A DNA stretch of 60,377 nucleotides, filler included, from Sphacelaria rigidula (taxonomy: Eukaryota): NCBI GenBank assembly GCA_964200075.2. It is 10 parts of 10 records of this genome, joined end to end, with 100 filler letters (N's around TTAATTAATTAA, not from the genome) between each part and the next. Parts side by side here need not be neighbours in the genome. Positions count along the whole stretch, not along the records: positions 30,241 to 36,188 come from CAXNAA020023293.1; positions 36,289 to 42,236 come from CAXNAA020023294.1; positions 42,337 to 48,283 come from CAXNAA020023295.1; 7 more parts are not named here. One strand, 5' to 3'. The position numbers were made by a program, and so were the translations under genes. The first letter of the stretch is position 1. Each line of letters starts with the position of its first letter. The notes under the pieces were generated by a model. It ran no database searches. It saw nothing but the letters and a program-made list of their open reading frames with translations, and was not told where the DNA came from. This document shows positions 34,024 to 45,021 of this stretch, piece after piece.

Positions 34024-35807
34024 CTGCCTCCTTAAAATCCTCTATCGCGATTTTCATCCTCTCGAGGGTAAAGTGACCCTCGGAAGGATAAAAATACCTT
34101 CTAGAGGGTATTTCATACTCGGTTCCGGTCATGAAACGAGTCCTCTGGAGGGCATCTGTTGCCCCAGGGACTTCTGAGGTCTGAATCCCTCCAGAGTACC
34201 AAAAAGGTGGTGCTCTGGAGCACGTGGTTTTCGTGAACGTCCCTTAGAGGGAAATATGAACAGCAGAGGGCAATATGAGCACCATTCCTCTGGAGGAGGG
34301 ACCGACTACGGCCTCTAACGCATTTGTTGCGACTGCGGAGGACATAGCCATGCAGTATCCTCTAGCGTGTACAGTTACGTGTACATTTACACTTGTACAC
34401 TTGTATCTTAACTGCTTCCAGTTGACCTTTGGGACCATCACGACAGATATAATATATGTATCACCCGCCGTTCACAGATTGAATTGCAAACCCGACGACA
34501 CTTATTCCCAGCTACAATACCACCACAAAAACCCTGCAGCAAAAAGCACGAGTTGGACACAGGGATATAGATACACACTGCAGTAGTTGGGTATGATGTA
34601 TGTCTTGTTGGTGGAAGTTTCAACTTGAGCAGCGGTGTATGGTGCGGGTAATAACCAGCGGTTTCCTGGATACACAACCATGGATAGTGCAGGTAGACAA
34701 AGCTGCGCACACTGTTCAAGTCCTTTTCATGTCGCACTGCAGGCAGAAAACATGTATATAGTCCTGCGCTGTCTGTACTGTACTTTGTCCGCTTCTCTTT
34801 CACGTCCTACTGACTGCAGCGGTGAGCAAGCTGCAAGAACGGGCATCGTGGTGTATACTCAGTAGCTGACGGTATATAAGACCCCCATGCACCCAAAGTT
34901 ACACGCATCCACTTTGTTTAGCCATATGTGGCGCATATGCCGCGCTAACTCTGCAGTTTATTGCACCGCACGTATATGAGCACGATATGGTACTGTCCTG
35001 CACGGTATTGTACAGTTCACTACAGCATCAAATCATGCTTATTGTTGTGATGGCCATATCGTCATCAACATACAGAATAAATCGCGATCATACCTTTTCG
35101 CGTATTCACTCGAAAAATGCTTCACTTTGGTGTTAGAATGGTAAACACAGGACAACGGAGTTTTCAAGACTTGTATGTGAAGATATGTGAGGTCCAAACA
35201 ATTCATGCTTCATAACCACCAGCCAAACCTGTACAGCGCGGCCACGCGGACGTACACTCGCAATCAGTGTTTGGGATTTGAAACCAGCCGAGGCTGTTGA
35301 AGATTTCGATCCCCTTGCCCAATTGATATATGAATCGGGGGAAAGAGGATGAGTTTTCAACGGTTTCTTTTGTCTCTCGATTCTCATCCACTGATACGGT
35401 GGAGTATGTGGGACTTGAACAGCAGAAGCTGCTCGCAAAAAAGTCCTTTTTTTTCCCAATTTCAGGTATTGGCGAAAAAAATGAGGATTTATTTCGAACA
35501 GTTTCTGGTGTACAAATCCCATATGCGAGTGTATATGGGGTTTGTACAGCCTCTGCTGTTCGAAATAAATCATTGTTGCCTGATTCCAATAATTTGGAAT
35601 TACGACTTATTTCGAACAGCAGAGGCTGTAAAAATTCCAAATTTCCATAGCACTTGTGCCTTCAAAAACAATCAAGGGGATTTTCATATCGACACAGACC
35701 TTCGAGGGCCCCAACATTGAAAATCGTCTAGAGGATTACAAATACCCAAGATCCTCTAGAGGATTACAAATACCCAAGATCCTCTAGGGGCTATTTCAAA
35801 ACGGACG
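34024..35807. mobile_element. Probable decayed non-autonomous DNA transposon with CCTCTAGAGG subterminal motifs
   Basis: CCTCT(A/C)GAGG motifs cluster at ~34035-34320 and ~35720-35790 (including a tandem duplication); termini degenerate. Confidence 0.4.
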
Positions 35808-36492
35808 GAATCGGGATAACACGTGGAAATTTCTCTACGAGGTAGAAGAATGGCCGCGTGTGTGTGTCTACTCTCTGTGTATATACCAGTACGTGGCAAA
35901 GTAGTCGGAGAAGTCACACGCGGGGACTTCTTGGATTCCAGTACAAGTAGGTCTCCTGTAGTTCAACCGGTCTCATACTGATCTTTCGTAGTGTAGGTGC
36001 CCTCTGTCGTGTAGATGTTTTGTTTCTTGCCTTCTTCTGCGGGCTGTTTGGGTATGGGTGGTATGCTCCTTACACTCTGTGACCACGGGTTCGAGAGATC
36101 GAGCTAATGGAACGTATATGATAATAATAATGATAGTAGTGATAGTAATATTGATAATGGTAATAATGATACTAATAATGATACTAATNNNNNNNNNNNN
36201 NNNNNNNNNNNNNNNNNNNNNNNNNNNNNNNNTTAATTAATTAANNNNNNNNNNNNNNNNNNNNNNNNNNNNNNNNNNNNNNNNNNNNGAGCAACAAATG
36301 GCCCAAAATACCCCCCCCCCTATCGTAGGATGGCTCCCGGTAACGGTGAATAATGGTTTGAAACCATCATTCAATTTCTTCATACAACAATTACTGTACC
36401 ATTATTACCATTGTTATAATGATAATGATAATGGCCAGTTATATCTGGTACCATTTCCGAGCTCTAATTCTCTGATATTTCTGACTGAACTA

Positions 36493-36845
36493 TCGCCCCG
36501 GTGGCTCAGTTGGTGACCTCGAAACCTTCTGACGGTTCAGTCGTGGGTTCGAATCTCGGTGGAGTCACACGATTTGGGATTTTTTCTCACACAATGCCCA
36601 ACAGTGGAGAGCGACAATGTCGTGGGTACACAAAATTCGACTTATTAACGGTCGACGAGGGAAAGGGACTGCTGTGAACCCCTCTCGCGATACAAAAGGC
36701 AAGCACCGCAGAAGGAAGGTGGAGACCTAAAACAAAAAGGAAGGGAAAAGCTTCTGTGTTGGCTGCCCTCCTGTGTAATCCCGGCTGGTGCGCCCACATA
36801 TACCGAAAGCTGCAGACCGACGTCCAGAATAGATGGGATGACAAC
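36493..36845 (+). mobile_element. tRNA-derived SINE (~350 bp)
   Basis: A box TGGCTCAGTTGG (36502-36513), B box GGTTCGAATCT (36546-36556). Second copy at 15275-15627; 3' fragment at ~48665-48730. Confidence 0.88.
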
Positions 36846-37103
36846 TGTAGCCAAATGATACCAAGCCGTAGGTTTCAGTATAATCGCATGCATGATTGGA
36901 GCAGTGGCAGGGGACAGGGGATCCTGGATTGATGACCCTCATCTGTGTGGCTCCTTGCTGTTTAGCTCTTGATGTGGTCTGTAGAGGATCACTCCGTGAT
37001 AATAACAAGTGAGAAGGAAGGATTTGTCGAGCACGAAGCCAGTGCTACTGGAGGAGTCCCTCGTGAATAGTCCTCTTGTCCAGATCGTCTGGCAGAGGCT
37101 ACA
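36846..37103 (+). repeat. 5' LTR of Ty3/Gypsy element C (258 bp)
   Basis: TGTAGCC...GGCTACA 7-bp inverted termini; same length class and internal motifs as the LTRs of A and B. Confidence 0.88.
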
Positions 37104-37304
37104 ATATCTAGATATCATTCTTCCGGCACTCTGTTAGAGGAGTTTTGGCTGAGGAGAAAAGTTGGGCAGCAGCTGAGAGCCAGTTTAGCCCACAGACAGG
37201 AGGAGACCAACTTGAAGCGCACAGCAGAGGGGGATGCTCCGTGAGCTGGAGGACGCACAAGTCAGGCACTAGTCTCTCCGTGAAGTGTTTGAAGCATAGA
37301 CGAC

Positions 37305-40300
37305 ATGGCTCAAGCGGTGGCAGCGCCGCTGGTGTTAGGTGAGCCACTACAGCCGCCAGAGTATGGTGAAGTATGAACAGAGGAGGCATCACGGGTTTTT
37401 TTCGCAGCATACCTTGAATATGTACAGCGTCTGAGTCTCGCTAATGGACAAGGCATTATACGGCATGATAGAGTTGGCATAGGACAACTTATTCCTGTCT
37501 ACATTCACCGCTGCTTCGAAGACACGTACAAGGACGGTCGGGCTATGACCCCCGATGAATTGCTTGATGCTGTGAATCAGCATGCCGGGTATACTACAAC
37601 CGGTGGAAAGCATGACGCTACGCGGGCTACAGCAGACCTGCGTAGGATAGTTACCATGAAGCAAAGCGGTGGGAAGTCCGTGAAGGATTGTGCTATGATG
37701 GTTAGTTCAGATATGGAACGTTTTTTTGCAGAAAATCTGATGGTGCAAGCCATGTATCGTGCGGAGGACAGGAGTTGGTTGCCAGGCCCGGCCGAGTCGG
37801 TTTCCATAGCTTTGGTGGACGGGATTTCGCCTCCGGAATTCAAGGCGTATGTTAGAAGTGTACTAACGTATGTTGACGGCTGGAAAAAGAACCCGATGGT
37901 GGTGTTGAAAACATATTTGAGGCGACCGACCAGTGGGAGTTCATTGAAGCACATGGCCGGCGCGACTCTGCAACAAGTGCAGGTGGTATGCGCCACAAAC
38001 ATCAACAGCAACAGAAACAGAAGCCGTCTTCGCGAGAGTCGTCCACTCGCGCGTGTTACAACTGCGGCGACACCGGACATATGATCAAGGACTGCACCAA
38101 GCCTCGCGCTCGAGGCGCGGCACAGGGCAATGCACGAGGTTTGTCAGGATCTCGGGGCGGTCATCACGGTGGACGGGGCCGTGCCAATCAGGGATGCGGG
38201 CGCGGCGGCCGCGGTAGCAAACAATCGGCGGCGAATGGTAGCTCCTCCGCTGCTGTTGCTTCCACTACGCCATCAGGTGGTGACTCTGGATCTTATGCTT
38301 CGTCCGTAGCGCAGCGGACAGTGTACGTGGGAAATGCAAATACTTCGGTGGGGAGTGCTGGAGCCAATAGCTCGCAACCCCTCGGCCAGGAAGGATCCGT
38401 GTCTGGTGTATTCCCTGCTGCTGCGACGGCTGCAACAGCGCCGTCTGCATATTCGGCGACTTGGTCTGGTTGGACCGACGATTCACAGCTATCGATGTCA
38501 AGTGCTGGAGGGCAGCCCTGGCGTCAGGTGACTCTTGAGACAGAACAGGGTTCTTCGGCAGCCGTGGTACCTGTCGATCGCAAGGCTGAATGCTTACGCG
38601 CAGATTTAACCTTGCCTGGTTCTGTAGGTTCGTTCACGGCCCGCGTTATTCTGGATTCTGGGTCCGCGCTCACGTCGATCGGTGTGAGGTTGCTAGAACA
38701 GGTATCTTCGCAGTTTGGCGGCGCTCAGATTCAGATTCCGTTCGAAAACGGACCGCAAACGGCACAGACTGCCATGGGTGCTCCCGTGACGGTTACACAC
38801 AAAACGGTGCCAATTACTGTTAGCGTGCGTACGCCGTGGGGGGCTGTGCAGTTGCAGCCCATTACGTTCGCTGTCATGCCCGATAGGGACAACGTGGTCC
38901 TAGTTGGGATGGCGACAATGAAGGAGCTTGGGATTGATCTTTATCCGCCGGCGTTGGAGAAGTTACGTCCACGTTCTGTGCCGGTGCGAACCGGCGGGGA
39001 AAACCCTAGTTACCTTGCTGCAAGGCGTGTGATCGCATCCATACGGTCCAGAGCGCCAATGAGGAGGAGACTCTTGCTGATCAAGCGATAGAGCGCTTGG
39101 TCGATCGGGGGCCTGATATGTTGATGGACCCAGCAGAGGAGAGAGGTGCACGAGAACGTGCGCTTGAAGATAGTGTGCGGCAGGCCGAGCAGAAGGGCCT
39201 GAGCGCCGATGGCGCACATTGTCTGCGCGATATTTTGCCTCGTCGCGTAGATACATTTCGCCGTGCGCTGCGTGGTGATCCGCCAGCGCGCGTTGAGCCC
39301 GTGAAGATGCAGCTTAAGCCCCAGGCAAATGCGGTGAAGGCCAAGCTCAGACAGTACGATCCGGTGAATACCGGGTGGCTTGCCTCCATCATCGCAGCTT
39401 TGGTGGTGTTCGGTTTGTTGATTAGGAACATCCAGGCTGTCTGGGCGAATCCGGCGATGGCGGTGCAAAAAAGGGACACATTCCGTTTGGTCAGCGACTA
39501 TCAGGCGGTGAACGCGCAAGTGGAACAGTCCCCGGGGGTGATACCAAGCCAAGAAGACATGCGGGAGTTGCTGGGAGCCCAATGCTTCGGCAAGTTGGAC
39601 CTGCTACAGGGGTATTGGCAGATGCCTTTGGCGCCGGAGGCTCAGGAAATCTTCACGATCGTCACGCCTGACGGTTTGTTTACGCCTACTCGTGTCCCGC
39701 AGGGCGTGTTGAACGCCACGGCGTATTTCCAAGGTGTGCTGACTGACATTTTGCGAGGTCTAGATTGTAAAGTGTGGGTGGATGACGTTTTCTATTTTGC
39801 TGACACCGAAGAAGCATTGCTAGCTTTGCTTGACGAAACTCTTGACCGCTTGGAGAGTGTTGGTCTGTTCGTCGCTGAACATAAGTGTACCTGTTTCGCA
39901 CGCGAAGTGGTTTGGTGTGGTAAGGTGTACTTGAAAGGGTACTGTTTCGCATGATCCCGTCTGTATTCAAGGTTTGAGCAATATGCGACGTCCTCAAAAC
40001 GCTAGTGAGCTGATGCAGTTTCTGCAGGCGGTAAATTGGTTGCGGACTTCGCTCCCGCGCATGGCGGACGTAGTTGCTCCGCTTCAAGTATTTCTGGAAC
40101 AACTCATGGTCGGGGCTTCGCGTCGGACCAGGCGGGTGGCGCGTAATCGTACCATTCCGGAGGACGCTTGGACGGAGGATCGTGTGAGGGCATGGCGTGC
40201 AGCGCAAGATTTGGTGGCGCAAGCGGTGCCGCTGTATCATCCTCGTCCAGGGTGCGTTGTTCTCATGTTTCCAGATGCTTCGGAATTTCACTGGGGTAGT

Positions 40301-42236
40301 TTTTCGACGCAAGTGCCTGTCGCAGAGTTTAGTAGTGGCATTGCGCTCGAAAACACGTCACACGAACCGTTGACTTTTCTGAGTGGTAGTTTTAAGGGTT
40401 CACAGTTGCGGTGGGCGACAGTGGACAAAGAAGGTTTCTCGATAGTCAATACATTTCGAAGGCTAGAGTACTTGCTTTGGTATGGTATCCGCATTTGAAC
40501 CAATCATCGCAATCTTGAGTACATTTTTAACCCCGAACAGTGTGTCACATCGGTGACGAAGGCCATGGCACAACGGCTTGAAAATTGGAAAGGGGCACTA
40601 GGCCAATATGGGTACGCCGTTGAACACATTCTTAGAGAACGCAATTGTTGGGGAGATTTGCTGTCTCGCTGGGTGCAGGTTCCTACCGTGCCTGTTCGCT
40701 CTGTTACCGTATACAGCCCGTGTGATGCCGATGATTCGCTGCCCTCGTCAGACGTCATTCGTACCGCGCAGCGCAAAACAGTCGCCGACGGTGTTCATTC
40801 TTTTTCTATGACTTTCGGTCAAGCTACTTTGGCTAACGATGGTTTATTTCGCGTGCGTGTTGGCAGTAGTGATGGTTTGTGGATTTTGTCGGATGATAAG
40901 GCACTACAAATTCGCTTGATGGTGTGCGCTCACATGCGGTTGGCTGGTCACCGTGGTATGGCGCCGACTCTGTTTCGTTTGAAAGAAAACTGTGTGTGGC
41001 CTCACATGGAATCCCACGTTCGCGAGTTCGTTCGCCAGTGTTTGCATTGTGTAGACACTCGTGCTGGTGAGATTGTACCTCGCCCGTATGGCGATACTGT
41101 GCATGGTACTGCGCCAGGTGAAGTTGTACACTTTGATTTTCTGTACGTCGGAAGTAGCAGACCTGAAGGTGCTAATGGCTTGCCTGAGGAGGATGATTTT
41201 CGATACGTTTTGGTTATCATGGATGATTTGTCCAATTTCGTTTGCTTGGAGCCGACCGAGACTTGCACCGCCGAGGTTACGGCTAAGCTCTTGCTGCATT
41301 AGTGCAAGACTTTGGGGGTGCCGCGTGTTTGGGTTAGTGATACCGCCACACACTTCAATAATCGAATGATCGCGCAGCTGAGCGATGCGCTGAAAGGTGC
41401 AACACCAATTTGCTGTGGCGTATACTCCTTGATCGAATGGTGCTTGTGAACGCATGGTGAAATAGGTTATTCGCGTGTTGCGGTCTATTTCGTCAGAACA
41501 AAGACGGCCGGTGTCTGAACGGATTGATGTTCTGCCAGCCGCTCAGTGGGCGTTGAATACTTTGTTTTCGTGAACGCTACCGTAACACTCCGTATTGTGT
41601 GATATTTGGGCGTGCGCCGCGTACAGCGTTTTCCGCGCTGACTTCTGTCACTGGCGGCGAGTGGAACGTCGATGTCATGGATGCTGATTCGTTGCGTGAC
41701 AAGGTTCAAGGCGTGGTTGACGAGCAAGTGCGGTTTTGTAACGAAGTGCAAGCTGCTGTCGCGGTGTCTCGCGAAGCCAAACGCAAGCTTGCTCAGGACC
41801 AGGCTGTGTTGCCCAAGTTTGCAGTTGACGATTTCGTATTGTGTACCCGTGTTCGGAGGCAAGGTGTGACGCCAAAGCTGATGTCCACGTGGACAGGTCC
41901 GTGGCGAGTGGTCGGAGATGATCACGCTTACGTGTATTCGGTGCAGAACATTGTTTCTGGCGCCGTGCACTCGGCCTATGTCGCTCGTTTGCGCTTCTAT
42001 GCTGACTCGCAGTTGCACATCACTGCGGAACTAAAAGATAGATGTATTTCAGCATTTGTATGCTCAAGGTGAATGTCGCATGAATGCTTTGGTGCACGTC
42101 GCTGAAGATGACAATGATGATGCCATTGTTTTGGTCGATTGGGAAGGGTTCGGTGCTGAAGAAGGTACGTGGGAGTCTCTTCGCAAGATTCATTCTCATG
42201 CGCCTGAATTTGTTTTGAAGGAACTGCGTAAAATGC
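37305..42236 (+). pseudogene. gag-pol pseudogene: Zn knuckle CYNCGDTGHMIKDC, protease ILDSGS, RT (KLDLLQGYWQ, RVPQGVLNA, WVDD), RNase H (FPDASEFHWG), integrase, chromodomain (LVDWEGFGAEEGTWES)
   Basis: ORFs 37545-38084, 37988-39091, 39097-39954, 39974-40498, 40553-41302, 41599-42072 and 42056 to contig end, with frameshifts and stops. Confidence 0.94.
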
Positions 42237-42391
42237 NNNNNNNNNNNNNNNNNNNNNNNNNNNNNNNNNNNNNNNNNNNNTTAATTAATTAANNNNNNNN
42301 NNNNNNNNNNNNNNNNNNNNNNNNNNNNNNNNNNNNCGGGTTCTCATCCTCAATCAAAAGCACCATCCTCAACATAGATGATTGGCTGTTT

Positions 42392-42675
42392 GATAGCTAT
42401 TAACAACCGCTACACGCCATAGAAATTGAATTTCGGTCACCGAAATGTTGGGGTCCTAGGTGAAAATTTTGGTGGAATTCAGGGTGTCCGAGCGGACGCC
42501 AAAATGGTTCCGAAATTGGTTTTTTACCCAGGACCCCAACATTTTTGTGATCGAAATCCAAATTCCTATGGCGTGTGGCAGTCGTCACTAGCTATCAGTA
42601 GGTGAAGAAATGGAATCATATTTCGAAGATTTGGTGTGGATACGAAGCTTTTAATTCTCCGGGTTTCTCATCCTT
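42392..42675. repeat. Short-loop inverted pair of the foldback arm seen in contigs 1 and 3
   Basis: ACACGCCATAGAAATT...ATGTTGGGGTCCTAGGT (~42411-42461) versus ACCCAGGACCCCAACAT...AATTCCTATGGCGTGT (~42526-42576). Confidence 0.75.
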
Positions 42676-42759
42676 GATAAACGTATCCATCCCCAATTTG
42701 TAAGATCCCATGTTAACAATAGAGTGGCTAAGTTTTCTATCGATATGTTATTCATTGCA

Positions 42760-42995
42760 GTAGGCTCTGAATTTCGACCACCAATAATGTCTATTGCTGA
42801 TCACCTTAGGACCTGCATCGCGGTTACCAATGCACTTTGGTCACAATAGGACCTGAATTGCGACCAGCAACTCTATTCCTTATCACAAAAAGATCTGAAT
42901 CGCGGCCGCCAAGGTCTACTGCTGGTCACAAAAGGACCTGAATCGCGCCTACCGGTATCTTTTGCAAGACCACAATGGCACCAGAATGGCGTCGA
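42760..42995. repeat. Degenerate ~40-bp minisatellite (TCACA..AGGACCTGAATCGCG), 5-6 units
   Basis: Read directly from the sequence. Confidence 0.7.
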
Positions 42996-44706
42996 TCATT
43001 AATAGCTATTGATACACATTTTCCGGCGGCTGTTTGACGTTTGCCAGCTGTCACCCCAGACAGATGCGTGGGTATATGTTACGATTATTGCCGTTGATGC
43101 CGTAACACCACTGAAGTGAACACCATGTTATAATGATTTCGTGAGATTTAGAGTAGAGGATATGATCGGGAGTGAGAAGCGGTCAATGAACGAATGAACA
43201 ATTTCAGTTCTGAAGTGCCCCTCCACGAGGCCCGACACGTTTTCTGCATTTGCTTGCCACTGAAGCCCTTGATATTCCTCAGTAGGATACCGACGTGTAG
43301 CTGTAAGCACGCGCCAGTGTTTCAGGCAAAGACAACACACAGAGAATGTAAAATTGGTCACGATAAAGCGAATGATAATACCCACTCTTAGTCCGCTTTA
43401 CTTCCAACCTCACGAAAACAGTGTTATATTTGAAGGAAGATGTTGATTCCAAAGCTACTTTGATTATCGACAGATGCCCCACAATAGTTCATCATTGGTG
43501 GCGAAGGCTATCGATAGATTGAAAGGCTATCGATAGGTTGTTTACCAAATCCATTGATGACGGCAATGGCTATTGAAAGACAGCCATCCAAATCTTTTGA
43601 TGATGGCAATGACCATCGATAGATACATTCCATTACTTGCAGCATACAATACCCGTCGATTTCCAGTGATGTCAACATATTGTAAAAATCAAAACTTTCG
43701 GTCAACACTCACATCTACTGTCCCTCGCAGCACATATCAATATTTGACTGTCACCATCAATTATGTTCGACAACATGTGTGAATAGATTCCCCCCCGCGT
43801 CTAGCTAAGCGATGGACTATTGTTGTGTCCATTGTCCATAGTGTCAACTATTACCAGCAAAGCTCCAGCGGTCCCAAGTCAACCACGTAGGTATGTTAAT
43901 AGCGATCACAAAATAGCCAACGTGTTTACCAGCACGGTAGGGCGCAGCATTCCAGTAGAAAACACTGTCACAGTACAAGTAGCCATTTCGAGTCAGTCGC
44001 ACTGAGATGAATATCTTGCTTCATTCCATACAAAATTCGCAGGAGTTCCAGATCAACACTCCCTCATCCTTCCTCTGTAAACGTGCGCATCCGCTCCACT
44101 CAATTCCTTACCAAACAAAAATGGATGGCGATGAAAGCGACCGGGAAGGCAAAGCAAACCAGCGAAGCTGACAACGGATTGACACCATCACCTGAATCGA
44201 AACTGCGACCAGTTCGTATTGATTGATTGTCGCCCACTACTTTAACTAATTCCCGAGGGACTCCTCCATGGTCACAGGATAAACGTACCGAGGGAAAGGA
44301 ACGCGACGACGCGCAGTTAAGGCGAGCAAGGTCCATTCAACGCACTCTGCACCGACCAATGTCAACACCAAACGAAGATCATGAATATCAGTGGTCACAG
44401 ATGTCATCCCTGATCATATGTTATTAGTAAATTGTGGCCGTAAGTGTCGAAAGCTACCCATCTACCGGACACGATGGAGCATGACACCACATAGTAGACG
44501 CCAGGTGCTTCCCCACCCCTCAATTTATTGTAAAACCGCAACGGGCACACTGCCCGTATGTATCTTCTTGAGAAAACATGGTCAAAATCTTTCCTTTGGC
44601 GGCATATTTTCGGGATAAAAAGATCATGCTTCTCACAACAATCCGAATGAAACTATCAACTATTCTACAACTCGCCGGTGGTGTTCCTTCGCCACCTACG
44701 GAATGA

Positions 44707-44844
44707 CTATAGCGGAATGTTGTTGTGCTTCTTGGAAATTTTCTTGGGCGGTTTGTTGCGCAAAACCTCCAGATCTTGGCAAATAATTTTCCTCGTCATC
44801 GCAGGGTCGATGATGTCATCGATGAAGCCACGTCGCGCTGCCAC
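44707..44844 (-). CDS. PCCB: Propionyl-CoA carboxylase beta chain (carboxyltransferase), terminal exon
   Basis: CCTCAG acceptor then VAARRGFIDDIIDPAMTRKIICQDLEVLRNKPPKKISKKHNNIPL*, matching the conserved PCCB C-terminus (AA.RGF.DD.I.P..TR...KKH.NIPL). Confidence 0.88.
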   Translation of the reverse strand: MAARRGFIDDIIDPAMTRKIICQDLEVLRNKPPKKISKKHNNIPL

Positions 44845-45021
44845 CTGAGGCATGCAAGGAGTAAAAGTGCGAAATCGCAAAACGGAAAGATGGGCACAGC
44901 AGATCATGACAAGGAAAGTAAAAGTAGAAAGCAGCATCAAAAGTGAAATAGAGACGAAGAAAAAAAATTGCGCAACAATTCCAGGCAAAGGAAAGACCCA
45001 GGTCGCGTCAAATCAAATCAA

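Larger units (their letters stand above)
36846..42236 (+). mobile_element. Ty3/Gypsy chromovirus C (divergent sister family), 3' LTR beyond contig end
   Basis: LTR, gag, PR, RT, RNase H, IN and chromodomain all present in order. Confidence 0.95.

Noticed and set aside
36493..36570. tRNA gene
   Set aside because: A and B boxes are present but there is no convincing cloverleaf, and it continues into a ~280-bp body shared with another copy, so it is a SINE head.
41290..41440. Several TGG-to-stop changes in pol suggesting targeted G-to-A editing
   Set aside because: Trp codons are one transition from a stop, and the few cases seen fit neutral decay; a mutation-spectrum test against a consensus would be needed.
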